From NCBI GenBank assembly GCA_964543295.1, contig CAZIXA010000011.1:999-64998 (forward strand): DNA of 64,000 nt, given 5' to 3'. Position 1 is the stretch's first letter, and each line of letters opens with the position of its first letter. The stretch is from an uncultured Clostridia bacterium (GTDB lineage Bacteria > Aerophobota > Aerophobia > Aerophobales > AE-B3A). The position numbers and the translations under genes are program-made. Of the stretch, positions 30,077 through 38,653 are shown piece after piece. The notes under the pieces were generated by a model. That model saw only the letters and a list, made by a program, of their open reading frames with translations. It searched no databases and had not been told where the DNA came from.

Positions 30077-31087
30077 TTATGTCTGAATAAAAAGAGGTGA
30101 ATTTGCCGGAGCATCCAGGAGTCTCTTTAGTTCATGATCCAGCCTGGTTAGGGTAATAGAAAATCCACCCATCTCCAGGGAGGTAAAAAACTCGCCAATA
30201 TAGGATCTATAAATTGTTATTTTCCTTTTCTTTAAAATCTGCGCCAATTTTCGATAAACTATATATAGTTCCAACAAGGCAGTAGAACCAAGGCCACTAA
30301 CGAGTACGTTAACCTCATCGGCGACTTTAAAGGGTAGGTCCTCCAAAACCTTCTCCGCCAGAATCTGGGTGACTTCATCGGCTGTTTTCATCTTGGTTTT
30401 CTCCACCCCTGGTTCTCCATGATGGCCCACGCCTATCTCCATTTCATCCTCGCCTAAATGAAAAGTTTCCTCTCCCCCGTATTTCATAGATGGTACCGCA
30501 CAGGGAGAATGGGCTACTCCCATACTTCTGGTACTGGCATTAACTTTCTCGGCTACCTCCTTTACCTCGTCCAGATTTGCACCTTCGGCGGCTTTAGCTC
30601 CAATCAACTTCCAGACAACCACTTCTCCAGCTACCCCTCTACGATTCTCCATTTGATCGCGAGAGCCTGATCCTACATCATCATTTATGATTACCTGCTC
30701 GACCTTTATCCCCTCTTCTTTGGCCATATCAGAGGCCATATCAAAGTTCATAATGTCTCCAGAATAATTACCCAATACGCAAAGAACTCCTTCTCCACCG
30801 TTTACAGCTTTAATGGTATCATAAATCTGCTGAGCTGAGGGGGAGGCGAAGATGTTACCCACGGCTACCCCGTCCATTAATCCCTCTCCCACATACCCAA
30901 TAAAAGCTGGCTTATGTCCTGAACCTCCACCGGTAACTAAACCTACTTTACCCTTTATGGGGGCTTCTCTTCGCACCACCGCTCTTGAGGTCTTTAATCT
31001 TCTTATCTGATTCCCATGGGCTTCTAAAAATCCCTCCAGCATCTCATCGACAACTTTTTCCGGATCATTAATAAATTTCTTTAGCAT
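30077..31087 (-). CDS. dhaK: dihydroxyacetone/ketose kinase, substrate-binding subunit DhaK
   Basis: 336 aa with MLKKFINDPEKVVDEMLEG and VTGGGSGHKPAFIGYVG (Dak1 domain). Confidence 0.9.
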   Translation of the reverse strand: MLKKFINDPEKVVDEMLEGFLEAHGNQIRRLKTSRAVVRREAPIKGKVGLVTGGGSGHKPAFIGYVGEGLMDGVAVGNIFASPSAQQIYDTIKAVNGGEGVLCVLGNYSGDIMNFDMASDMAKEEGIKVEQVIINDDVGSGSRDQMENRRGVAGEVVVWKLIGAKAAEGANLDEVKEVAEKVNASTRSMGVAHSPCAVPSMKYGGEETFHLGEDEMEIGVGHHGEPGVEKTKMKTADEVTQILAEKVLEDLPFKVADEVNVLVSGLGSTALLELYIVYRKLAQILKKRKITIYRSYIGEFFTSLEMGGFSITLTRLDHELKRLLDAPANSPLFIQT

Positions 31088-31206
31088 TTAAGACCCCCTT
31101 CGTTTTAGTTCTCATCCCTCTTAGACGCATTTTACAGAGGTGGGACGTTTTGTCAATTATTTTGGAGATCTAGCACAATTTCCCTGGGATGATACACCCA
31201 CAACTT

Positions 31207-32259
31207 CTAAAACACAAAGAGAACTTTGTTAAAATCTTCTCTTTTTCGGCTCACTTTCTCAAATACGCTTTTGATCTCATCGATTTTGAATCGGTGAGTA
31301 ATGAGTGATTTTACGTCCAACCTACCAGTTCCTATGAAATGAAGAGAAGTCTCCCAGCTATTGAAAGGAACCGGTTTGGTGTCTGCGTCATAGACTCCAT
31401 AAATGGTTAGCTCATGCCGCAGAACATCGGTGATGGTTTTTTGTGGCAAGGTCACGTCCTGTTCTACTAGACCCACCAGAGCCACTTTACCCAATTTTCT
31501 GGTCATTCTTATACTCTGCTCAAGGGTAGTTTCTGATCCGGCAGCCTCAAATACCAAATCAGCTCCTCTGCCTTGAGTCTCCTGCATCACTACCTGGACT
31601 GGATCCTTGGCTTCAGCATTTATACAGTCAGTTATTCCTGTCCTTCTGGCAATCCCCAGTTTCACCTCGGTAATGTCCACCACAAAAACCCTTCTCGCCC
31701 CTAAAATCTTTGTCCATTGAGCGATTAAAAGTCCGATAGGCCCACAGCCGAGTACAGCTACTACATCCGCCGGTCTGACCCCAGGTCTCTTAACAGTGTG
31801 TAGAGCTACCGAGGAAGGCTCTAGAAGAGAGGCTGACTCATAATCAACTGTGGGCGGCAGTTTTAAAAGGTTCTCAGGACTAACCTTTACGTATTCAGCA
31901 AAACAGCCATCTACTCGGGTGCCCAGGCGAATAAAATTATCACATAGTGAATATTCGCCGGCTTGGCAAAAAACGCAGTGTCTACACGGTATAACTGGCA
32001 TAATGGCAACTCTTTCTCCGGGTTTGACTGCGGTAACCTCGCTTCCGACCTTAACCACCTCACCAGCACACTCGTGCCCCAAGATTTTAAAACCATAGGG
32101 AGAAGTCCCCCTCGAAAAACGTGAAACGTCAGACCCACATATCCCGGCAATTTTGATAGCTACCAATACCTCTTTAGATTCTGTCTCAGGAACAGGTATC
32201 AGCTCACAGCTAATCTCTCCCGGTCGGTGCATTACGGCCGCCTTCATCATCTGGGTCAT
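31207..32259 (-). CDS. MDR zinc-dependent alcohol/polyol dehydrogenase
   Basis: GICGSDVSRF, GHECAGEVVKVG, CRHCVFCQAGEYSLC and LGCGPIGL. Confidence 0.9.
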   Translation of the reverse strand: MTQMMKAAVMHRPGEISCELIPVPETESKEVLVAIKIAGICGSDVSRFSRGTSPYGFKILGHECAGEVVKVGSEVTAVKPGERVAIMPVIPCRHCVFCQAGEYSLCDNFIRLGTRVDGCFAEYVKVSPENLLKLPPTVDYESASLLEPSSVALHTVKRPGVRPADVVAVLGCGPIGLLIAQWTKILGARRVFVVDITEVKLGIARRTGITDCINAEAKDPVQVVMQETQGRGADLVFEAAGSETTLEQSIRMTRKLGKVALVGLVEQDVTLPQKTITDVLRHELTIYGVYDADTKPVPFNSWETSLHFIGTGRLDVKSLITHRFKIDEIKSVFEKVSRKREDFNKVLFVF

Positions 32260-32413
32260 TTAGACACTCTCCGCCACTTTACTTTAGCTCTCATCTCAAT
32301 CGAATAGTCTTAAAAAAACACAAAAAAATGCAGACTACCCGACCGCTCAGGCCATTAACATAAATAGAAAAATCGAGAATTACTGAAGAATAGTGAATTT
32401 TTTATGGCGAAAG

Positions 32414-33463
32414 CTAAGGAGTCATGGTTACCTTAATAGCATTCTCCAGACGTTTCTCGGAGGTCTCAATAGCTTTTTTCCAATCTTTTAAAGGAAAATT
32501 ATGGGTTATAATCTGGTCTGTCTTCACAAGGCCCTCGGCCAAATACTTAATGGCTAAGGGATAAGTATAGGCTCCAAGATGCCCCCCCACAATCTCAAGT
32601 TCTTTTACATCACTTATAATACTAAAATCAACACAGCTTTTCTCGGCAAAAACACCAAATTCCATCAATCTTCCCCTTCGACGCAGCATACCTATAGCCT
32701 GCTCTACTGCTTTTGGATGTCCGCTTGCCTCAAGGACAGCATCACAACCAAGTCCTTCAGTAAGATCTTTCACTTTCCCCACTATATCTTCTTTTTGAGG
32801 ATTAAGAACTACCTCAGCACCTAACTTTTTAGCTATCTTAAGTCTGTGTCCATCATGATCAGAAACCACTATAAGTTGGGGATGCTTTAACTTAACTACC
32901 TGGAGCATAAAAAGACCTATGGCTCCGGTACCGGTTATCACTACCGTATCACCAAGTTTTATGTTTCCTCTCTCTACTCCATGGATGGAACAGGCCAAAG
33001 GTTCTATGGCTATAGCTACCTCGTCAGGGAGTTCCTTGGGGACTTTCCAGATGACTGATCCTTTAGGATACTTCGTAAGCTCTGCCCATCCTCCATCAGG
33101 TCCGGAGATCCCGAAAACCTTATGCACATCACACATGTTGTAGATTCCCCGTCTACAGTAGTAACATTCCCAGCAGGGGACTATCTGCTCGGCTATAGCT
33201 TTATCTCCCACCCTAAGATGGTATTTTTCCCCTGCTCCTTTTCCAAGTTCCACCACCTCCCCTATAAACTCATGCCCTGCTACAATGGGAGCGTGATCAT
33301 AGGCTACCTGAGAAAAATAAGCAGTTCCGTGGAAAATCTTGGGATCAGCAGCACATATACCGCATCTTCCCACCTTTACTACGACCTCTTCGTCCCTTGG
33401 TTTAGGGTTAACAACATCCTCGTATCTAAAATCCTCCTTTCCATAAATAACTACTGCTTTCAT
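32414..33463 (-). CDS. MDR zinc-dependent polyol dehydrogenase, paralog of 27367-28431
   Basis: MKAVVIYGKEDFRYE..., CGICAADPKIF, GHEFIGEVVELG. Alignable end to end with the 27.4-kb copy. ATG at 33463; the track start at 33529 adds 22 unlikely residues. Confidence 0.9.
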   Translation of the reverse strand: MKAVVIYGKEDFRYEDVVNPKPRDEEVVVKVGRCGICAADPKIFHGTAYFSQVAYDHAPIVAGHEFIGEVVELGKGAGEKYHLRVGDKAIAEQIVPCWECYYCRRGIYNMCDVHKVFGISGPDGGWAELTKYPKGSVIWKVPKELPDEVAIAIEPLACSIHGVERGNIKLGDTVVITGTGAIGLFMLQVVKLKHPQLIVVSDHDGHRLKIAKKLGAEVVLNPQKEDIVGKVKDLTEGLGCDAVLEASGHPKAVEQAIGMLRRRGRLMEFGVFAEKSCVDFSIISDVKELEIVGGHLGAYTYPLAIKYLAEGLVKTDQIITHNFPLKDWKKAIETSEKRLENAIKVTMTP

Positions 33464-33491
33464 CCTGGACACCCCTTTATATAATTTACTT

Positions 33492-33905
33492 TCACATCTG
33501 CACGAAAAGGGGAGCTCTTGCTGGAGCATCGATTAGTCTCTTAAGCTCACCATCAACACTGGTCAGAGTTATGGAGAATCCCTCCATCTCCAGTGAGGTA
33601 AAGCATTCCCCTGCCGTGGGAACAGTGCAAGGAGTGTGGGCAACACCCATACTTCGGGTGTTAAATATAGTCTTCTCTGCCGTTTTTTTAAGCTCCTCGA
33701 GAGAGGCACCTTCTTTAGATTTAGCTCCTGCCACCTTCCATAGAATTACCTCCCCTACAGCTCCCCTCCGGTCTTCCATCTTATCCTTGGGGGTAGAGTC
33801 AACATCATCATTAACAATTACCTGCTCTATCTTAAGCCCATCATTTTTTGCCAAAGTCTTGATATAGGTTTTGCTTTTCAAGGTAAGTTCTCTTAAGGCT
33901 TCCTT
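33492..33905 (-). pseudogene. DhaK remnant (N-terminus missing, ~100-aa internal deletion)
   Basis: ...LAKNDGLKIEQVIVNDDV...RSMGVAHTPCTVPTAGE|CFTSLEMEGFSITL...APLFVQM aligns to DhaK 30077-31087. It lacks the GGGSGH region and the segment between the Cys-containing loop and the C-terminal FTSLEM block. Confidence 0.8.
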
Positions 33906-34460
33906 CTAAAAAGAGGGGAGTATCACGTCTCCAAAGATAGTAAGGCCTCTGGATTAAGGTTATTAACTCTTTATCGCCAAGTACTGGTTTTGTCCTGTAC
34001 GTAGGTTAGAGCAAGGGTTTGAGGGGGAAAATGAGCATTAAAAAACAGTCAAAGACTTCCATTTTAATAAACCGATCCTGCTTAAAGTGCTTGTAGTATC
34101 TGCTAAATACTCAAATCCTCACTGCAAGGTCAAAATTTTCCCTTGCCGGTAATCAGGAATCACATAGTACCAAAGAGCGACTAATCGAGCGATTAACGAA
34201 GGGATGCCAGTAATATCTTAGATAATATTCCTAGAGAGAAGATAAAGGAGCGTTTCACTCGGTCTTTCTTGGTGCTCTTTTAAGTCAAAGCGAAGAAGAG
34301 ATAGTAAAATATCTTATCACCCTTAAAGACCCCAATGTTCCAATATGTGGTAATTCGAAGAACTCTATTAAACTGGTTAGACCCTGGGAAGATCTCAGAT
34401 ATGGTTTTAGAACCGGTTTTCCTCTGCAGAGTCTACAATGTAGTGCCATTTGTTACCTAG

Positions 34461-35567
34461 TTATCTTTTGCATAATATGGCTTTACTCGTTTTTTTGTCA
34501 AAAATGTGAATGTGCTCCATTGAAAAACTTACCGCAAGAGTCTCATTCTCGTGCACTGCTGTAGCACCTAGAGCAGCTACCAGCAGCCGTCCCACCTCTG
34601 TTTGTAGATAAATTACTGTGACATCTCCCACCGGCTCTATAAAGTATACCTTACCGGAGATTGAGACAAAATTAGAGTTTTTGGACTTACCTAGGAGGAA
34701 ATCGCCTGGTCGAATCCCCACAATTACTTTTTCCTGTTCTTGAAATGATTGAACTATATTTTGAGGAAGAGGAAATTTGAAAGTAGCATTCCCTAAAAAA
34801 ATTTTTCCATTTTGCCGTAGAACCAGACAATCTATAAAATTCATAGGAGGCTCACCAATGAAGCTGGCTACAAATAGATTAGCTGGTTGATCGTAGAGTC
34901 CGTCTGATGATCCTATTTGCTGCAGCACTCCCAGATTCATTACGGCAATTCTATCCGCCAGAGCCATAGCTTCAAGCTGGTCATGAGTAACATAGACGAT
35001 CGTATTGCCCAGTTCTATGTGTAATCTCTTTATCTCAGTTCGAATTTCGTTCTTCAGGGATGAATCTAGGTGGGATATGGGTTCATCCATCAGAAGCAGT
35101 TCTATATCTTCTTTCACCAGAGCTCGGGCCAGAGAGATTCTCTGTTGCTGTCCTCCACTCAACTCTACAGGAAGTTTGTCAAGGACATCGTCTATCTTCA
35201 AGGCTTTGGCCGTTTTTTTTAATTTTTTAGTTATTTCTTTGATCGACAAACCCTTTGCTCTTAGAGGAAAGGCAATGTTCTCAAAAACACTCAAAGGTGG
35301 ATAAAGCGCATAGTCTTCAAAAGCCATAGCAATATTACGTTTTTGAGGTGAAAGGTCATTAACTTTTCTCCCTCCAATATAAATATTTCCTTTAGAGATT
35401 GATTCAAGACCGGCAATCATCCTCAGAGTTGAGGTCTTTCCACATCCCGATGGGCCTAACAAAATCAGAATTTCTCCTTCCTGGCAGACTAAATTCAGAT
35501 TTTTTACAGCCTCCACCTCTTTCCCTCGGTAATACTTCCAGACATTTTCTATTGTCAACTTTTCCAT
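34461..35567 (-). CDS. sugar ABC transporter ATP-binding protein (MalK/UgpC-like)
   Basis: 368 aa with GPSGCGKTS, LSGGQQQR and LLMDEP, plus a C-terminal regulatory (TOBE-like) domain. Confidence 0.9.
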   Translation of the reverse strand: MEKLTIENVWKYYRGKEVEAVKNLNLVCQEGEILILLGPSGCGKTSTLRMIAGLESISKGNIYIGGRKVNDLSPQKRNIAMAFEDYALYPPLSVFENIAFPLRAKGLSIKEITKKLKKTAKALKIDDVLDKLPVELSGGQQQRISLARALVKEDIELLLMDEPISHLDSSLKNEIRTEIKRLHIELGNTIVYVTHDQLEAMALADRIAVMNLGVLQQIGSSDGLYDQPANLFVASFIGEPPMNFIDCLVLRQNGKIFLGNATFKFPLPQNIVQSFQEQEKVIVGIRPGDFLLGKSKNSNFVSISGKVYFIEPVGDVTVIYLQTEVGRLLVAALGATAVHENETLAVSFSMEHIHIFDKKTSKAILCKR

Positions 35568-35579
35568 TTTATCCTTCCC

Positions 35580-36698
35580 CTATACAGTCAAAATATTTTT
35601 TCGGGTTGTCGGATCGAAAATATGAACGTCTCTCTCATTGATATGCATTCTTATTTGTTCTCCAGGAGTTCTTTTTATAAATCTGGCTCCAGTTTGTACT
35701 TTAAGAGTATGTTCTCCTACTCGTACCGATAAGGAACCTTTTGTTCCCAGAGGCTCATATACATAAATCTGGCCAATACAAGTAACTTTATATTTATCAT
35801 CCAGTTCCAAAAGTCGTATTTCACTTGGATGAATTCCCACATCAACCTTAGTTAGATTTCTTTCCTCAATCCTGAGTCTATGTTTTTTGCCTATCTTTAC
35901 TTCGAAGCTACTGGTAGCCAGAAACATCTCATCTGCCTTAACCCTCGGACTGGCTCCTTTAATTATATTCATAGAGGGCATCCCTAATAACCCTCCCACC
36001 TCCTCGCTAGCAGGGGTAGCCCACAGTTCTCTCTGAGTTCCAATTTGTAAAATCTTACCTTCGTTCAGCACCAGGATTCTTTCTCCTATACCTAAGGCCT
36101 CCATATAATCAGTAGTGGTAAATAAGGTAGTCACTCCTAATCGGTGCTGGAGGTTACGTAACTCCGGTCTGAGTCCGTGTCTTAATTTGGCATCCAAGTG
36201 AGCAATAGGCTCATCCATCAAAAACAGTTGTGGTCTCCTGACTAGGGCTCGAGCTAAGGAGACTCGCTGCCTCTGTCCCCCACTCAACTCCACAGGTTTT
36301 CGATCAAGCAAATCAGAGATCTGGAGCATCTCCGTAATTTCTCCTACCCTACTTTTCAGTTTACTTTCGGATAAAGTACGATGTCTCAAGGGAGAGCGGA
36401 AGGAAAAAACAATATTATCATAAATGCTGAGATGAGGATAGAGAGCATAGGTTTCGAAGACCATAGCTACATCTCTAAATTCCGGAGAAAGCGAAGTAAC
36501 ATCCTCTCCCCCAAGGAGTACTTTCCCCTGGGTAATTGACTCCACTCCGGCAATTATTTTCAGGATAGTGGTCTTGCCCGCTCCGGGACGGCCCAGTATC
36601 GTCAAAAACTCCCCATCTTGGACTTGGAAACTCACTCTATCCAGAGCTATAACCTCACCATATTTTTTTACCGCTCCTCTAAGCTCCAGTTTCGCCAT
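35580..36698 (-). CDS. sugar ABC transporter ATP-binding protein (MalK/UgpC-like), second copy
   Basis: 372 aa with GRPGAGKTT, LSGGQRQR and FLMDEP, plus a C-terminal regulatory domain. Confidence 0.9.
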   Translation of the reverse strand: MAKLELRGAVKKYGEVIALDRVSFQVQDGEFLTILGRPGAGKTTILKIIAGVESITQGKVLLGGEDVTSLSPEFRDVAMVFETYALYPHLSIYDNIVFSFRSPLRHRTLSESKLKSRVGEITEMLQISDLLDRKPVELSGGQRQRVSLARALVRRPQLFLMDEPIAHLDAKLRHGLRPELRNLQHRLGVTTLFTTTDYMEALGIGERILVLNEGKILQIGTQRELWATPASEEVGGLLGMPSMNIIKGASPRVKADEMFLATSSFEVKIGKKHRLRIEERNLTKVDVGIHPSEIRLLELDDKYKVTCIGQIYVYEPLGTKGSLSVRVGEHTLKVQTGARFIKRTPGEQIRMHINERDVHIFDPTTRKNILTV

Positions 36699-36724
36699 TT
36701 ATAGTTCTCCTTAATCTTCGCAGA

Positions 36725-37573
36725 CTACCCCCTTACTGCTCCAAAACTCAGTCCCGCTACCACATACCGTTGAATAAATAGAGATAAAAGCACACTGGGA
36801 ATCATAGCAATGATAGCCGCTGCGGCCATTTGTCCCCAGAGGACTCTCTCGTATGAAATAAACCCTAACAAAGAAGGAGTTACTGGTCTCACCCTATCTG
36901 CAGAGAGAACATATCCGTAGAGAAACTCATTCCAGGAATAAATGAATGCCACTACGCTAGTAGCAGCCAGAGCAGGTTTAACTAAAGGTAAGGTAACTTT
37001 ACTGAACATTCCCCACCAGGAGAATCCATCTACCCGAGCGGCTTGTTCCACCTCTACAGGAATCATAGCAAAGTAACTCCGCATCATCCACACTACAAAA
37101 GGTAGCAATAAAATTTGATGAACCATGATCATCCCTACATAGGTATCATACAGCTTCAGAGTGTGAAAGATTGAATAAAGACCGAAGACTACAATCAAGG
37201 CGGGAGCAAATCGGAAACTTAAGAGAGTAAAGGCAAAGTCTTCTTTGCGTAGGAATTTATATCTTGCTAGAGAATAAGCCGCCGGTAAACCTAAGAGAAT
37301 AGCCAGGCCGGTAGCTCCAGAGGCAATTATGAGACTATTTTTGAAATAGCGCAGGATATCTGTTTTAACTGTTTCATAATGGGTGCCAGTCCACGCCCTT
37401 CCCAGAAGCACATTCTCCCAGTTAGCTAGAGTTGGTTTGAAAATAAATTTTGGAGGGTATGTAGTCACATCTATAGGAGTCTTGAAAGACATCAGAATCA
37501 TCCAATAGATGGGAAAAAGAGTCCAAATCATTATTAACACTATCCCCAAAATCCGTAAATTTTTCCTTAACAT
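36725..37573 (-). CDS. carbohydrate ABC transporter permease (MalG-like)
   Basis: EAA loop EQAARVDGFSWWGMFSKVTLPLVKP. The start is set at the ATG 5 nt after AGGAGG (37573) rather than the track start at 37681. Confidence 0.88.
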   Translation of the reverse strand: MLRKNLRILGIVLIMIWTLFPIYWMILMSFKTPIDVTTYPPKFIFKPTLANWENVLLGRAWTGTHYETVKTDILRYFKNSLIIASGATGLAILLGLPAAYSLARYKFLRKEDFAFTLLSFRFAPALIVVFGLYSIFHTLKLYDTYVGMIMVHQILLLPFVVWMMRSYFAMIPVEVEQAARVDGFSWWGMFSKVTLPLVKPALAATSVVAFIYSWNEFLYGYVLSADRVRPVTPSLLGFISYERVLWGQMAAAAIIAMIPSVLLSLFIQRYVVAGLSFGAVRG

Positions 37574-37602
37574 CATCACCTCCTGCATTACTTTTATGGA
37601 AA

Positions 37603-38589
37603 TTAAGCAGCTAATCTCGCTCCCAGAGCTTTTCTCCAGGCTCTGACTATAAAGAAACTGCAGACAAAGACAATAGCCCAAAGGATTACTAACTGAGCAA
37701 AAGCTTCACCCATCATAGTCCATCTCATAGCATAGTAGTAAGCATTTACATGAATGCTCATAGTAGCCTTAGCCGGGCCACCTTTGGTGCCAGCGTAAAT
37801 CATATCAAACTGGATGAGAGACTCAATTAATCTAAATAAAAGAACAACGTAAAACACCGGTTTTAATAAGGGAAAGGTCAATTTTCGGAAGATAAACCAG
37901 CGGGAGGCTCCATCAACCTGAGCCGCCTCATAGGGAAGCCGGGGAAGAGACTGCAAACCAGCTAGCAAAATTACTGCGGCAAAAGGGGTGAAATTGTGAA
38001 CATCGATGAGAACTACGGAAAGTAAAGCAGTATTGGCTGCTCCAAACCACCCCAGTCGAGGTATTCCCACAAAGGAGCCTAGGTAATTGACTACACCTAT
38101 AACTGGGGCCAGAATTAATCTAAACATCATAGCCTCTATTACCGGCGGTATCATAAAGGGAAGCAAGATAACAGCCCGGAAAGCAGTGCGGCCACGAATA
38201 GGCTTAAGAAGGAGTAAAGCCATTCCGAACCCCAAAAGAAGTTCTACCCCGGTAGCACAACCAGCATATTGCAAAGTTACTTTTATAGAATGCCAGAAAT
38301 CATGGGTAGTAAAAAGACTGATATAGTTCCCCAGGCCTATAAAGTTAGCCCGTTGATAGGTTAAATTATAGTCAGTCAAGCTCAAATAAACTGAACGGAA
38401 AAAGGGATAAAGAATAACTGCAGTAGCAATAAAACAGGGAAAATATAACACATAGGGAAGAGACTTGTCAGTAATTAATTTTCTCTTTATCCTTTGCAGC
38501 CAGGTTTTTCCTGTAGCTCTTGTATGCAGGGGTATGGCCACCGGCGCAACCTGGGAACCACGAGGATTATTTTTTCTTTTATTTACCAT
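37603..38589 (-). CDS. carbohydrate ABC transporter permease (MalF-like)
   Basis: 328 aa with the EAA loop YEAAQVDGASRWFIFRKLTFPLLKP. Confidence 0.9.
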   Translation of the reverse strand: MVNKRKNNPRGSQVAPVAIPLHTRATGKTWLQRIKRKLITDKSLPYVLYFPCFIATAVILYPFFRSVYLSLTDYNLTYQRANFIGLGNYISLFTTHDFWHSIKVTLQYAGCATGVELLLGFGMALLLLKPIRGRTAFRAVILLPFMIPPVIEAMMFRLILAPVIGVVNYLGSFVGIPRLGWFGAANTALLSVVLIDVHNFTPFAAVILLAGLQSLPRLPYEAAQVDGASRWFIFRKLTFPLLKPVFYVVLLFRLIESLIQFDMIYAGTKGGPAKATMSIHVNAYYYAMRWTMMGEAFAQLVILWAIVFVCSFFIVRAWRKALGARLAA

Positions 38590-38653
38590 CTCTGACCTCC
38601 CTTAATTGACGTTGTCCCCTCCATAGCGGAAGGGACAACGTCACACCTATTTT

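Noticed and set aside
33906-34460. A roughly 550-bp apparently non-coding stretch with broken plus-strand reading frames (for example ...SEEEIVKYLITLKDPNVPICGNSKNSIKLVRPWEDLRYGF...).
   Set aside because: The pieces sit in three different frames separated by stops, and I could not assign them to any family by eye. It is probably one more relic and needs BLASTX.
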